A stretch of DNA of 64,000 nt, from positions 22,692,001-22,756,000 of the forward strand of contig OZ024744.1 of assembly GCA_964016885.1 (NCBI GenBank). The letters run 5' to 3'. Each line of letters starts with the position of its first letter. Within the stretch, counting starts at the first letter, position 1. This document shows, one piece after another, positions 26,301 to 41,200 of the stretch. This DNA comes from Eledone cirrhosa. Taxonomy: Eukaryota. The notes under the pieces are model-generated. The model ran no database searches. It worked only from the letters and a program-made list of their open reading frames with translations, and had not been told where the DNA came from. The position numbers were made by a program, and so were the translations under genes.

Positions 26301-26956
26301 CTGCCACCTTTAGACAAAGCTAACAGAGACTCCCGACCTTCGACAAGTATAACAGAGACTGCTCACCTTCGACAAACCTAATATAGACGACCGACCTTCA
26401 ACAAACCTAACAGAGACTGCCCACTCCCGTCAATCCTAACAGAGACTACCGACCTTCGACAAGTCTAACAGAGGCTGCCAACATTTGACAAGGCTAACAA
26501 AGACTACCCATCTTCGATAAGCCTAACAGTGACCTCCCACCTTCAACAAGCCTAACAGAGACTGCCCTCCTTCGACAAGTCTAACCTAGACTACCTACCT
26601 TAGACTATCCTAGCAGAGACTGCGCACCTTCGACTCCCTGACAGAGACTGCCCACCTTCGACAAGCCTAACAGAGACTGCCAACCTTTGACAAGCCTAAC
26701 AGAGATGGCCCGCGTTCCACAAGCCTAACAGAGACTGCCTACCTTCGATAAGTCTAAGGGAAGCGGCCCATCTTCGAAAAGCCTAACAGAGACTGCTCAT
26801 CTTCGATGAACCTAACAGAGACTGCCCTACTTCGACAATTCTAACAGAGACTACCCAACTTAGACAAGCGTATCAGAGAAAGCGCACCTTCGACTAACCT
26901 AACATAGACTGCTCACTTTAGACAAACCTAACAGAGACTGGCCAACTACGACAAGT
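20349..26956 (+). repeat. Higher-order block copy C (6,608 bp, ~228 monomers)
   Basis: Offset from B is 6579, then 6608 after one extra monomer at ~22260. Similarity to the B/C junction ends at 26968. Confidence 0.93.
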
Positions 26957-29900
26957 CTAACAGAGACTACCGACCTTCGACAAACCTAACAGAGACTGTT
27001 CACCTTCGACAACTTTAACAATGACTTCCTACATTCTACTAGACTAACTAAGACTGCCCACCTTCGACAAACCTAACAGAGACTGCCCACCTTCGACCAG
27101 CCTTACAGAGACTGCCAAACTTCGACAAGTCTAAGAGGGACTTCCCACCTTCGTCAAACGTAACAGTGACTGCCAAACTTCGACAAGCCTAACAGAGACT
27201 GCCCACTTTCGACAAACCTGACAGATACTGCCCACCTTCGTCAAGCCTAACAGAGACTGCGCCACCTTCGACTACCCTAACAGAGACTGCCCACCTTCGA
27301 CAAAACTAACAGAGACTGCCCACTTTCTACAATCCTAACAGAGACTGCCCACCTTCGACAAACCTAACAGAGACTACCGACCTTCGACAAACCTAACAGA
27401 TACTGCCCAACTTCGACAAACCTAACATTGACTGCCAACCTTCGACAAACCTAGCATTGACTGCCAACCTTCGACAAGTGTAACAGAGACTGGTCACCTT
27501 CGACAATTCAAACAGATACACCCCTCCTTCGACAAACCTAACGGAGACTTCCCACCTTCGACAAATGTAACAGAGACTGGCCACCTTCGATGAGTCTAAC
27601 AGAGAATGCCCACTTTCGACAAATCTAACAGAAACTGCCCACTTTCGACCAACCTAACAGACACTGCCCACCTTTGACAAACCTAACAGAGACTGCCCAC
27701 CTTAGACAAGCCTTACAGAGACTGCAAACCTTCGACGAGTCTGACAATAAGTTCCAATTTCAGCAAGCCTAACAGAGACTGCCCTACTTCGACAATTCTA
27801 ACAGAAACTACTCACCTTAGACAAGCGTACCAGAGTAAGCGCACCTTCGACTAACCTAACAGAGACTGCCCACGTTCGAAAAATGTAACAGAGACTGGCC
27901 ACCTTCCACAAGTCTAACAGAGAATGCCCACTTTCGACAAACCTAACAGAAACTGCCCACTTTTGACCAACCTAACAGAGACTGCTCACCTTAGACAAGC
28001 CTAACAGAGACTGCCAACATTTGACAAGTCTAACAAAGACTGCCAATCTTCGATAAGCCTATCAGTGACTGCCCAACTTCGACGAGTCTAACAGAGACTA
28101 TCAATCTTACACAAGCCTAACAGAGACTGCCCACCTTCGACAAACCTTACAGAGAATGCCCATCTTCGACAAGCCTAACAGAGACTGCCCACCTTCGACA
28201 TGTCTAGCAGAGACTACCGACTTAGGACAAACCTAACAGTGACTACCCACCTTCGACAATTCTAACATAGTCTACCCGCCTTAGACAAGCGTACAGAGAA
28301 AGCGCACCTCTGACTAACCTTACAGAATCTGCCCACATTTGACAAAACTAACAGAGACTGTCCACTTTAGACAAACCTAACATAGACTGCCCACATTCGA
28401 CAAGTCTAACAGAGACTACCCACCTTCGACATGCCTAACAGTGACTACACATCTTCGACAAGTCTAACAGAGATTTCCCTACTTCGACAAGTCTAACAGA
28501 GACTCCCCACCTTCGACAAACCTAACAGAGACTGCCCACCTTGGGGAAGTTTAACAGAGGCTGCCCACACTCGACAAGTCTAACAGAGACTGCCCAGCTT
28601 CGTCAAACCTAACAAAAATTGCCCACCTTCGACAAGCCTAACAAAGACAGCTCACCTTCGACAAAGCTAACGGAGACTGCCCACCTTCGACAACTGTAAC
28701 AGAGACTGCCCACCTTCGACAAGCCTAACAGAGACTGCCGACTTTCGAAAAACCTAACAGAGACTGCCCATCTTCGACAAGCCTAACAGAGGTGGCCCAC
28801 CTTCGGCAAATCTCACAGAGACTGCCCAACTTCGACAAACTCAACATAGACTGCCGACTTTCGAAAAGTTTAACAGAGACTATCAATCTTAGATAAGCCT
28901 AACAGAGACTGCCCACCTTTGACAAACCTAACAGAGATTGCCCACCTTCGATAAACCTAACAGAGACAGCCCAACTTTAACAAGTCTAACAGTGACTTCC
29001 CACCTTCAACAAGCCAAACAGAGATTGCCCTCATCGACAAGTCTAACCTAGTCTACCCACTTTAGACTAGCCTAACAGAGACTGCGCACATTCGACTAAC
29101 CTAAAAGAGACTGCCCACCTTCGACAAAACTAACAAAGACTGCCCACTTTCTACAAACCTAACTGAGACTGCCCACCTTCGAGAATTCTAACAGATACAA
29201 CCCACATTCGACAAAGCTAACAGAGACTGCCTACCTTCGACAAGTCTAACACAAAACTGCTCACCTTTGAAAAAATTAACGGAGACTGCCCACCTTCGAC
29301 AAGTGTAACAGACACTGACCACCTTCGACAAGTCTAACAGAGAATGCCCACATTCGACAAACCTAACAGAGATGGCCCACGTTCGACAAGCCTAACAGAG
29401 ACTGCCCACCTTTGACAAGTCTAACAGAGACTGCCCACCTTGGCTGAAATCTAACACAGACTCCCCACCTTCGACAAGCCTAACAGAGACTCCCAACATT
29501 TGATAAGTCTAACAGAGACTGCCAACCTTTGATAAGCCTACCTGAGACTACTCAACTTCGACTTGTCTAACAGAGACCATCAACCTTAGACAAGCCTAAC
29601 AGAGACTGCGCACTTTTGACAAACCTAACAGAGACTGCCCACCTTCGACAAGCCTAACGGAGAATGCCCAACTTCGACAAATCTAACAAAATCTCCCCAC
29701 CTTCAACAAGCCTAACAGAGACTACCCACCTTAGACAAGCGTAGCAGAGACAGCGCACCTTCGTCTAAACTAACAGAGACTGCCCACTTTTGACAAAACT
29801 AACAGAGACTGCCACCTTTAGACAAAGCTAACAGAGACTCCCGACCTTCGACAAGTATAACAGAGACTGCCCACCTTCGACAAACCTAATATAGACGACC

Positions 29901-32210
29901 GACCTTCAACAAGTCTAACAGAGGCTGCCAACATTTGACAAGGCTAACAAAGACTACCCATCTTCGATAAGCCTAACAGTGACCTCCCACCTTCAACAAG
30001 CCTAAAATAGACTGCCCTCCTTCGACAAGTCTAACCTAGACTACCTACCTTAGACTATCCTAGCAGAGACTGCGCACCTTCGACTCCGTGACAGAGACTG
30101 CCCACCTTCGACAAGCATGACAGAGACTGCCAACCTTCGACAAGCCTAACAGAGATGGCCGCGTTCCACAAGCCTAACAGAGACTGCCTACCTTCGATAA
30201 GTCTAAGGGAAGCGGCCCATCTTCGAAAAGCCTAACAGAGACTGCTCATCTTCGATGAACCTAACAGAGACTGCCCTACTTCGACAATTCTAACAGAGAC
30301 TACCCAACTTAGACAAGCGTATCAGAGAAAGCGCACCTTCGACTTACCTAACATAGACTGCTATCTTTAGACAAACCTAACAGAGACTGGCCAACTTCGA
30401 CAAGTCTAACAGAGACTACCGACCTTCGACAAACCTAGCATTGACTGCCCACCTTCGACAAGTGTAACAGAGACTGGTCACTTTCGACAATTCAAACAGA
30501 TACACCCCTCCTTCGACAAACCTAACGGAGACTTCCCACCTTCGACAAATGTAACAGAGACTGGCCACCTTCGACAAGTCTAACAGAGAATGCCCACTTT
30601 CGACAAATCTAACAGAAACTGCCCACTTTCGACCAACCTAACAGACACTGCCCACCTTAGACAAGCCTTACAGAGACTGCAAACCTTCGACGAGTCTGAC
30701 AATAAGTTCCAACTTCAGCAAGCCTAACAGAGACTGCCCTACTTCGACAATTCTAACAGAAACTACCCACCTTAGACAAGCGTACCAGAGAAAGCGCACC
30801 TAACAGAGACTGCCCACGTTCGAAAAATGTAACAGAGACTGGCCACCTTCGACAAGTCTAACAGAGAATACCCACTTTCGACAAACCTAACAGAAATTGC
30901 CCACTTTCGACCAACCTAACAGAGACTGCTCACCTTAGACAAGCCTAACAGAGACTGCCAACATTTGACAAGTCTAACAAAGACTGCCAATCTTAGATAA
31001 GCCTAACAGTGACTGCCCAACTTCGACGAGTCTAACAGAGACTATCAATCTTACACAAGCCTAACAGAGACTGCCCACCTTCGACAAACCTTACAGAGAA
31101 TGCCCATCTTCGACAAGCCTAACAGAGACTGCCCACCTTCGACATGTCTAGCAGAGACTACCGACTTAGGACAAACCTAACAGTGACTACCCACCTTCGA
31201 CAATTCTAACATAGTCTACCCGCCTTAGACAAGCGTACAGAGAAAGCGCACATCTGACTAACCTTATAGAATCTGCCCACATTTGACAAAACTAACAGAG
31301 ACTGTCCACTTTAGACAAACCTAACATAGACTGCCCACATTCGACAAGTCTAACAGAGACTACCCACATTCGACATGCCTAACAGTGACTACACATCTTC
31401 GACAAGTCTAACAGAGATTTCCCTACTTCGACAAGTCTAACAGAGACTCCCCACCTTCGACAAACCTAACAAAGACTGCCCACCTTGGGGAAGTTTAACA
31501 GAGGGTGCCCACATTCGACAAGTCTAACAGAGACTGCCCAGCTTCGTCAAACCTAACAAAAACTGCCCACCTTCGACAAGCCTAACAAAGACAGCTCACC
31601 TTCGACAAAGCTAACGGAGACTGCCCACCTTCGACAACTGTAACAGAGACTGCCCACCTTCGACAAGCCTAACAGAGACTGCCGACTTTCGAAAAACCTA
31701 ACAGAGACTGCCCATCTTCAACAAGCCTAACAGAGATGGCCCACCTTCGGCAAATCTCACAGAGACTGCTCAACTTCGACAAACTCAACATAGACTGCCG
31801 ACTTTCGAAAAGTTTAACAGAGACTATCAATCTTAGATATGCCTAACAGAGACTGCCCACCTTTGACAAACCTAACAGTGATTGCCCACCTCCGATAAAC
31901 CTAACAGAGTAAGCCTACCTTTAACAAGTCTAACAGTGACTTCCCACCTTCAACAAGCCAAACAGAGATTGCCCTCATCGACAAGTCTAACCTAGACTAC
32001 CCACTTTAGACTAGCCTAACAGAGACTGCGCACCTTCGACTAACCTAAAAGAGACTGCCCACCTTCGACAAAACTAACAAAGACTGCCCACTTTCTACAA
32101 ACCTAACTGAGACTGCCCACCTTCGAGAATTCTAACAGATACAACCCACATTCGACTAAGCTAACAGAGACTGCCTACCTTCGACAAGTCTAACACAAGA
32201 CTGCTCACCG
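26280..32210 (+). repeat. Older imperfect duplication: ~26280-29270 versus ~29790-32210
   Basis: Shared rare variants at shifting offsets: CTGCCACCTTTAG (26301/29809), CAATAAGTTCC (27745/30700) and TTGGGGAAG (28541/31485). Scattered substitutions and deletions; boundaries approximate. Confidence 0.85.
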
Positions 32211-35200
32211 ACAAACCTAACAGAGAGAGCCCACCTTTGACAAGTAAACAGAGACTGGCCACATTCGAAAAGTCTAACAGAGACTGCCCACCTTAGGCTA
32301 GCCTAACAGAGACTGCGCACCTTTGACTAACCTAAAAGAGACTGCCCACCTTCGACAATTCTAACATATAGACCCCAAGTTAGACAAGCCTAACAGAGAC
32401 TGCCTACCTTCGACAAGTCTAAGAGAGACTGCCCACCTTCCACAAGCCTAATAATTACTACTGAACTTCGACAAGTCTAACAGAGACTATCAACCTTAGA
32501 CAAGCCTAACATAGACTGCCCCCCTTTCACAAATCTAACAAAGACTGCCTACCTTCGAAAAGCCTAACAGAGACTGCAAACCTTCGACAAGTCTAACAGA
32601 GACTACCCACCTTACACAAGCGTAGCAGAGTCAGCACACCTTCGACTAACCTAACAGTGACTGCCCTCTTTAGACAAACCTAACAGAGTCTGCCGACCTT
32701 AGACAAGTCTAACAGAGACTACCACCTTCGACAAACATAATATAGACTACCGAACTTCGACAAACATGACAGAGACTGCCCACCCCGACAAACCTAACAG
32801 AGACTGCGCACCTTCGACAAACCTAACAGAGACTACCGACCTTAGACAAACCTAACATTGACTAGCCAACTTGGACAAGTCTAACAGAGACTGCCCTACT
32901 TGGACAAACCTAACATAGACTGCCCACCTTCGACAAACCTAACAGAGACTCCCCACCTTCGACAAGTTTAACAGAGACTGCCCACCTTCGACACATCCAA
33001 CACAGACTGCACAACCTCGACAAGCCTAACACAGACTGCCAACATTTGACAAGGCTAGCAAAGACTGCCCATCTTCGATAAGCCTAACAGTGACTGCCCA
33101 ACATCGACAAGTCTAACAGAGACTATCAATCTTAGACATAACTAACAGAGACTGCCCACATTGGACAAGTCTAAAAGAGGCTGCCCACATTCGACAAGTC
33201 TAACAGAGACTGCCCACGTTCGACAAGCCTAACAGAGACTGCCCACTTTCGACAAACCTAACAGAGACTGCCCAACTTCACAAGCCTAACAGAGACTGCC
33301 CACCTACGACAAGTCTAACAGAGACATCCCATCTTCTACAGGCCTAACAGAGACTGCCCTCCTTCTACAAGTCTAACATAGACTACCCACCTTAGACTAG
33401 CCTAGCAGAGACTGCGCACCTTCGACTAACCTAGCAGAGACTGCCCGCCTTCGACAAAACTAACAGAGACTACCCACCTTCTAAACACCTAACAGATATT
33501 GCCCACCATGGACAAGTCTAACAGAGGCTACCTACATTTAACAAGTCTAACAGAGATTGCCCACCTTCGATAAGCCTACCAGAGATTACTCAACCTCGAC
33601 AACTCTAATAGAGACTATCAACCTTAGACAAGGCTAATAAAGACTGCCCATCTTCGATAAGCCTAACACAGACTGCCAACATTTGACAAGGCTAAAAAAG
33701 ATTGCTCATCTTCGATAAGACTAACAGTGACTGCCCATCATCGACAAGTCTAACATCGACTATCAACCTTAGACAAACCTAACAGAGACTGCCCACATTG
33801 GACAAGTCTAACAGAGGCTGCCCACATTCGACAAGCCTAACAGAGACTGACCTCCTTCGACAATTCTAACAGAGACTACCGACCTTCGACAAACCCAACA
33901 GAGACTGCCCACTTTCGACAAACCTGACAGTGACTGCCCACTTTTGACAAACCTAACAGAGACTGCCCAACTTCGACAAGTCTAACAGAGACTGCCCACC
34001 TTCGACAAACATAACAGTGATTACCGACCTTCGACAAACCTAACAGAGACTATCGATCTTAGACAAGCCTAAAAGTGACCTCCCACCTTCAACAAACCTA
34101 AGAGAGACTGCAATCCTTTGACAAATCTAACCTAGTCTACCCACCTTAGCCTAGCCATACAGAGACTAACCATTCGATTAACCTAACAGAGACTGCACAT
34201 CTACGCTGAAATCTAACACAGACTCCCCACCTTTGACAAACCTAACAGAGACTGCCAACATTTGACAAGTCTAACAGAGACTGCCCTACTGCGACAAATC
34301 TAACATAGACTGCCCACCTTCGACAAACCTAACAGAGAATCCCCATATTCGACAAATCTAACAGAGACTGCCAACCTTCGACAAATCCAACATAGTGTGC
34401 CCACCTTCGACAAGCGTAAAACAGTCTGCCAACATTTGGCAAGGCTAACAAAGACTGCCCATCTTCGAGAAGCCAAACAGTGACTGCCAAACATCGACAA
34501 TTCTAACAGAGACTATCAATCTTAGACAAGCCTAACAGTGACGTCCCACCTTCAACAAGCCTAACAGACACTGCCCTCCTTCGACAAGTCTAACCTTGAC
34601 TACTCACCTTAGACTAGCTTTGCAGAGACTGCGCACCTTCGACTACCTTAACAGAGACTGCCTACCTCCGACAAAAGTAACAGAGACTGTCAAACTTCGA
34701 CAGACATTACATTGACTGCCCACCTTGGACAAACCTAACATTGACTGCCCACCTTCGACAAACCTAACAAACCATGCCCACCTTCGACAATTCTATCTGA
34801 TACACCCCTCCTTCGACAAACCTAACAGGGACTGCCCACCTTCGACAAACCTAACAGAGACTGCCCACCTTCGGCCAGTCTAAGAGAGACAACCAATCTT
34901 CGACAAACCTACCAGAGACTACCCACCTTCGACAAACCTAACAGAGACTGCCCACCTTCGACAAGCCTAAATGAGACTGCTCGCCTTCGACAAACCTAAC
35001 GGAGACGGCCCACCTTCGGCAAGTGTAAGAGAGACTGGCCACCTTCGACAAGTCTAACAGAGAATGACCACTTTCGACAAAACTAACAGAGACTGCCCAC
35101 GTTCGACAAGCCTAACAGAGATTGCCTACCTTCGATAAGTCTAAGAGAGACGGCCCACCTCTGAAAAGCCTAACAGAGACTGCTCATCTTCGACAAACCT

Positions 35201-38200
35201 AACGGAGACTGCCCACCTTCGACAAGCCTAACAGAGACTGCCCACTTACGACAAGTCTATCAGAGACATCCCATCTTCAACAAATCTAACAGACGCTGCC
35301 CTCCTTCGACAAGTCTAACATAGACTACCCACCTTAGAATAGCCTAACAGAGACTGACCACCTTCGACAAAACTAACCGAGACTGCTCACCTTCTAAGCA
35401 CGTAACAGAGACTGCCCACCTTCGACAAGTCTAACATAGACTGCCCACCTTCTACAAACCTAACAGAGACTGCCCACATTCGACAAGCCTAACAATGACT
35501 GGTCACATTCTACAAACCTAACAAAGACTGCCAACCTTCGACAAGCCTAACAGAGACTACTTAACTTCGACAAGTCTAACAGAGACTATCAACCTTAGAC
35601 AAGCCTAACAGAGTTTGCCCACCTTTGACAAACCTAACAGAGACTGCCCAACTTCGACAAGCCTAACAGAGATTGCAAATCTTCGACATGTCTAACAAAA
35701 ATTTCCCACCTTCAACAAGCCTAAGAGAGTCTGCCCTCCTTCAAGGATTCTATCAGAGACTACCCACCTTAGACAACCGTAGCAGAGAAAGCGCACCTTC
35801 GACTAACCTAACAGAGACTGCCCACCTTTGACAAAACTAACAGAGACTGCCCACTTTAGACATACCTAACAGAGACTGCCCAACTTCGACAAGTCTAACA
35901 GAGACTACCGACCATCGACAAATCTAACAGTGACTACCCACCTTCGACAAGTCTAACAGGGACTTTCCAACTTCGACAAACCTAACAGAGACTGCCCACC
36001 TTCGACAAACCTATCAGAGATTCCCCACCTTCGACAGGTCTAACAGAGGATGCCCACCTTCGACAAATCTACCACAGACTGCCCATCTTGGACAAGCCTA
36101 ACACAGACTGCCAACATTTGACAAGGCTAACAAAGACGGCCCACTTTCCATAAGCCTAACAGTGACTGCCCTACTTCGACAAACCTAACAGAGACTTCAC
36201 ACATTTGACAAAATCAACAGAGAATGCCCACTTTAGACCAACTTCACATTGACTACCAAACTTCGACAAACCTAACAGAGACTGCCCACCCCCGACAAAC
36301 CTAACAGAGATTGCTCAACTTCGACAAACCTAACAGAGACTACCGACCTTCGATAAACCTGACAGAAAGTGCCCACCTTCGACAAAACTAACAGAGACTG
36401 GCCACTTTGGACAAACCTAACAGAGACTGCCCACCTACGACAAGTCTAACAGAGACTGCCCACATTTGACAAAACTAACAGAGACTGCTCACTTTCGACA
36501 AAACTAACAGAGAGAGCCCACCTTCGACAAGTCTAATAGAGACTGCACACCTTCGACAAACATAACAGAGACTGCCGACCTTCGATAAACCTAACAGAGA
36601 CTGCCCTCCTTCGACAATTCTAACAGAGACTACGCATCTTAGACAAGCGTAACAGAGACAGGGCACCTTCGACTACCCTCACAGAATCTGCGCACTTGAG
36701 ACAAACCTAACAGAGACTGCCCACGTTCGAGAAACCTAAAAGAAACCGCCCACCTTCGACAAACCTAACAGTGACTGCCCACTTTCGTCAAAACTAACAG
36801 AGACTTCCCTACTTCGACAACCCTAACAGAGACTTGCCTACTTCGACAAACCTAACAGAGACTACCGACCTTCGACAGACCTAACAGAGATTACCCACCT
36901 TCGACAAGTCTAACAGGACTGCCCTACTTCGACAAACCTAACAGAGACAGCACACCTTTGACAAGTCTAACAGAGACTGCACACCTTCGACAAATCCAAC
37001 AAAGACTGCCCACCTTCGACAAGTTTAACACAGACTGCCAACATTTGACAAGGCTAACTAAGACTGCTCACCTTCGACAAACCTAACAGAGACTACCCAC
37101 TTTCGACAAACCTAACAGAGATTGCCCACCTTCGACAAGTCTAGCAGAGACTGCCAACCTTCCACAAATCTAACAGAGACTGCCCCCGTTCGACACATCT
37201 ACCAGAGGCTGCCCACCTTCGACAAACTTAACAGAGACAGCCCATCTTCGATAAGCCTAACAGTGACTGCCCAACATCGACAGGTCTAACAGAGACTGCC
37301 TACCTTCGACAAGTCTAAGAGAGACGGCCCACATTCGAAGAGCCTAACAGAGACTGCTCACCCTCGACAAGCCTAACGGAGACTGCGCACCTTCGACAAG
37401 TGTAACAGACACTACCCACCTTCGACAAGCCTAACAGAGACTGCCCAACCTCGACAAGCCTAACAGAGACGGCCCACCTTCGACAAGTCTAGCAGAGACT
37501 GCCCACGTTCGACAAATCCACGTTCGACAAACTTAACAGAGACTGCCCATATACGACACACCTAACAAAAACTGCCCACTTTCGACAAGCGTAACAGTGA
37601 CTGCCCACCTTCGACAAACTTAACAGAGACTGCCGATCTTCGACAAGTCTAACAGAGATTGTCCACCTTCGACTATTCTAACACAGAATGCCCATCTTCG
37701 ACATGCCTAACAAAGGCTGCCAACATTTGACAAGTCTAAGAGAGACTCCCCACATTCGACAAGCCTAACAGAGAATGCCCACCGTCGACAAGTCCAACAG
37801 AGAATGCCCACTTATGACAAACCTAACAGAGACTGCCCACCTTCGACAAACCTAACAGAGACTGCCCACCTTCGAAAAGTGTAACAGAGACTGGCCACCT
37901 TCGACAAGTCTAACAGAGAATGCCCATTTTCCTCAAACCTAGCAGAGACCGCCCTCCTTCGACAAGCCTAACAGCGATGGCCCACGTTCGGTTCGACAAG
38001 CATGACAGAGATTTGCCCATTTCGACAAACCTAGCAGAGACTGCCCACCTTCGACAAGCCTAACAGAGACGGCACACCTTCGACAAGTCTAAGAGAGTCT
38101 GCCCACCTTAGACAAATCTAAAAGACACTGCCCACCTTCGACAAATCTACCAGAGACAGCCTACCTTCGACAAACCTTACAGAGACTGCCAATCTTCGAC

Positions 38201-41200
38201 AAGCCTAACAGAGATGGCCTACGTCCGACAAGACTAAGAGAGACTGCCTACCTTTGACAAGTCTAAGAGTGACGGCTCACCTTCGAAAAGCCTAGCCTAA
38301 CAGTGACTGCCCACCTTCGACAAACTTAACAGTGACTACCGAACTTCGACAAGTCTCACAGAGACTACACACCTTAGACAAGCCTAGCAGAGACTGCGCA
38401 CCTTGGACAAAATTAACAGAGAATGCCCACTTTCGACAAACCTAACAGAGACTGTCCACCGTCGACAAGTCTAACAGAGACTGCCCATCATCGACAAAAC
38501 TAACAGAGGCTACCGACCTTCGACAAACCTAACAGAGACTGCCCACCCTTGATAAACCTAACAGAGACTGCACACCTTCGACAAACCTAACAGAGATTGC
38601 CCACATTCGACAAACCTAACAGAGATTGCTCACCTTCGACAAACCTAACAGAGACTGTCCACCTTCGACAAACCTAACAGAGACTGTCCACCTTCGACAA
38701 ACCTAACAGAGACTGCCCTCATTCGAAAAGTTTAACAGAAACTGGCCCCCCTCGACAAGTCTAACAGAGACACCCGACCTTCGACACAACTAACAGAGAC
38801 AGCCTACTTTCGTCAAGTCTAACAGAGACTGCCAACCTTTGACAGGTCTGACAGAGACTGCCAAGCTTGCTCCAACCTAACAGAGACAGCCCACCTTCGA
38901 CAAGCCTAACAGAGAGTGCTCACCTTCGACAAGCCTAACAGAGACTGCCCATTTTCGACAAAAACCTAACAAAGACTGCCTAACTTCGACAAACCTAACA
39001 GAGACAGCCCACCTTCAACAAGCCTAACAGAGACTGCACACCTTCGACAAGTCTAACAGAGACTGCCCACATTCGACAAACCTAACAGGGACTGCCAATC
39101 TTCGACAAGTCTAACAGAGACTGCCCATATACGACAAGCCTAATAGAGACTGCCCAGCTTCGTTAAACCTAAGAGAGACTGCCAATTTCGACAAGCCTAA
39201 CAGAGACTGCCCACATTCGACAACCTAACGGGGACTGCCCACCTTCGACAAGTGTAACAGAGACTGGCCACGTTCGAGAGGTCTAACAGAGAATGCCCAC
39301 TTTAGACAAACCTAACAGAGACTGCCCAACTTCGACAAGCCTAACAGAGATGGCTCACGTTCGACAAGCCTAACAGAGACTGCCTACATTCGACAAATCT
39401 AAGAGAGACGGCCCATCTTTGAAAAGCCTATCACAGACTGCTGATCTTCGACAAGCCTAACAGAGACGGCCCAGCTTCGTCAAGCCTAACGGAGACTGCC
39501 CACCTTCGACACATGTAACAGAGACTGCCCACTTTCGACAAGCTTAACAGAGACTGCCCACCTTCGACAATTCTAACAGAGACACCCCACCTTCGACAGA
39601 CCTAACAGAGACTGCCTACTTTCGACAAGTCTAACCGAGACTGCCCACCTTCAACAAACCTAACAGAGACTGCCCACCTTCGACAAGTCTAATAGAGACT
39701 GGCCACATTTGACAAGCCTAACAGAGACTGTCCACCTTCGACAAACCTAATAGCGACTGCCCATCTGCGACAAGCCTAACAGAGAGTGCCCAACTTCGGC
39801 CAGCGTAGCAGAGACTGCCAACATTCGACAAGTTTAACATAGACTGCCCAGCTTCGTCAAACCTAACAGAGACTGCCCACCTTCGACAAGCCTAACAAAG
39901 ACAGCTCAACTTCGACAAACCTAACGGAGACTGCCCACCTTCGACAAGCCTAACAGAGACTGCCGCCTTTCGAGAAACCTAACAGAGACTGCCCATCTTC
40001 GACAAGCCTAACAGAGATGGCCCACCTTCGGCAAATCTCACAGAGACTGCCCACCTTCGACAAACTCAACACGAACTGCCGACCCTCGACAAGTCTAACA
40101 GAGTCTATCAATCTTAGACAAGCCAAACAGAGACTGCCCACCTTTGACAAACCTAACAGAGATGGCCCACCTTCGATAAACCTAACAGAGACAGCCCACC
40201 TTTAACAAGTCTAACAGTGACCTCCCACCTTCAATAAGCCTAACAGAGATTGCCCTCCTTCGACAAGTCTAACCTAGACTACCCACTTTAGACTAGCCTA
40301 GCAGAGACTGCGTACCTTCGACTAACCTAAAAGAGACTGCCCACCTTCGACAAAACTAACAAAGACTGCCCACTTTCTACAAACCTAACTGAGACTGCCC
40401 ACCTTCGAGAATTCTAACAGATACACCCACACATTCGACAAACCTAACAGAGACTGCCGACCATCGACGATTCTAACAGAGACTGCCCACCTTTGCTGAA
40501 ATCTAACACAGACTCCCCACTTTCGACAAGCCTAACAGAGACTCCAAACATTTGATAAGTCTAACAGAGACTGCCCACCTTCGACAAGCCTAACAGAGAC
40601 TATCCACCTTAGACAAGCTTAGCAGAGACAGCGCACCTTCGTCTAAACTAACAGAGACTGCCCACTTTTGACATAACTAACAGAGACTGCCACCGTTAGA
40701 CAAAGCTAACAGAGACTCCCGACCTTAGACAAGTATAACAGAGACTGCCCACCTTCGACAAACCTAATATAGACGACCGACCTTCGACAAGTCTAACAGA
40801 GGCTGCCAACATTTGACAAGGCTAAAAAAGACTACCCATCTTCGATAAGCCTAACAGAGACTGCCCTCCTTCGACAAGTCTAACATAGACTACCTACCTT
40901 AGACTATCCTAACAGAGACTGCCCACCTTCGACAAAAATAACAGAGACTGCCCACCTTCGACAAGTCTAACCGAGACTGCCTACCTTCGACAAACCTAAC
41001 TTAGACAAGCTTAGCAGAGAAACCGCACCTTCGACTAACCTAACAGAGACTGCCCACTTTAAACAAACCTAACAGAGACTGCCCACGTTCGAAAAATGTA
41101 ACGGAGACTGGCCACCTTCGACAAGTCTAACAGAGAATGCCCACTTTCGACAAACCTAACAGAAACTGCCCACTTTCGACCAACGTAACAGAGACTGCTC

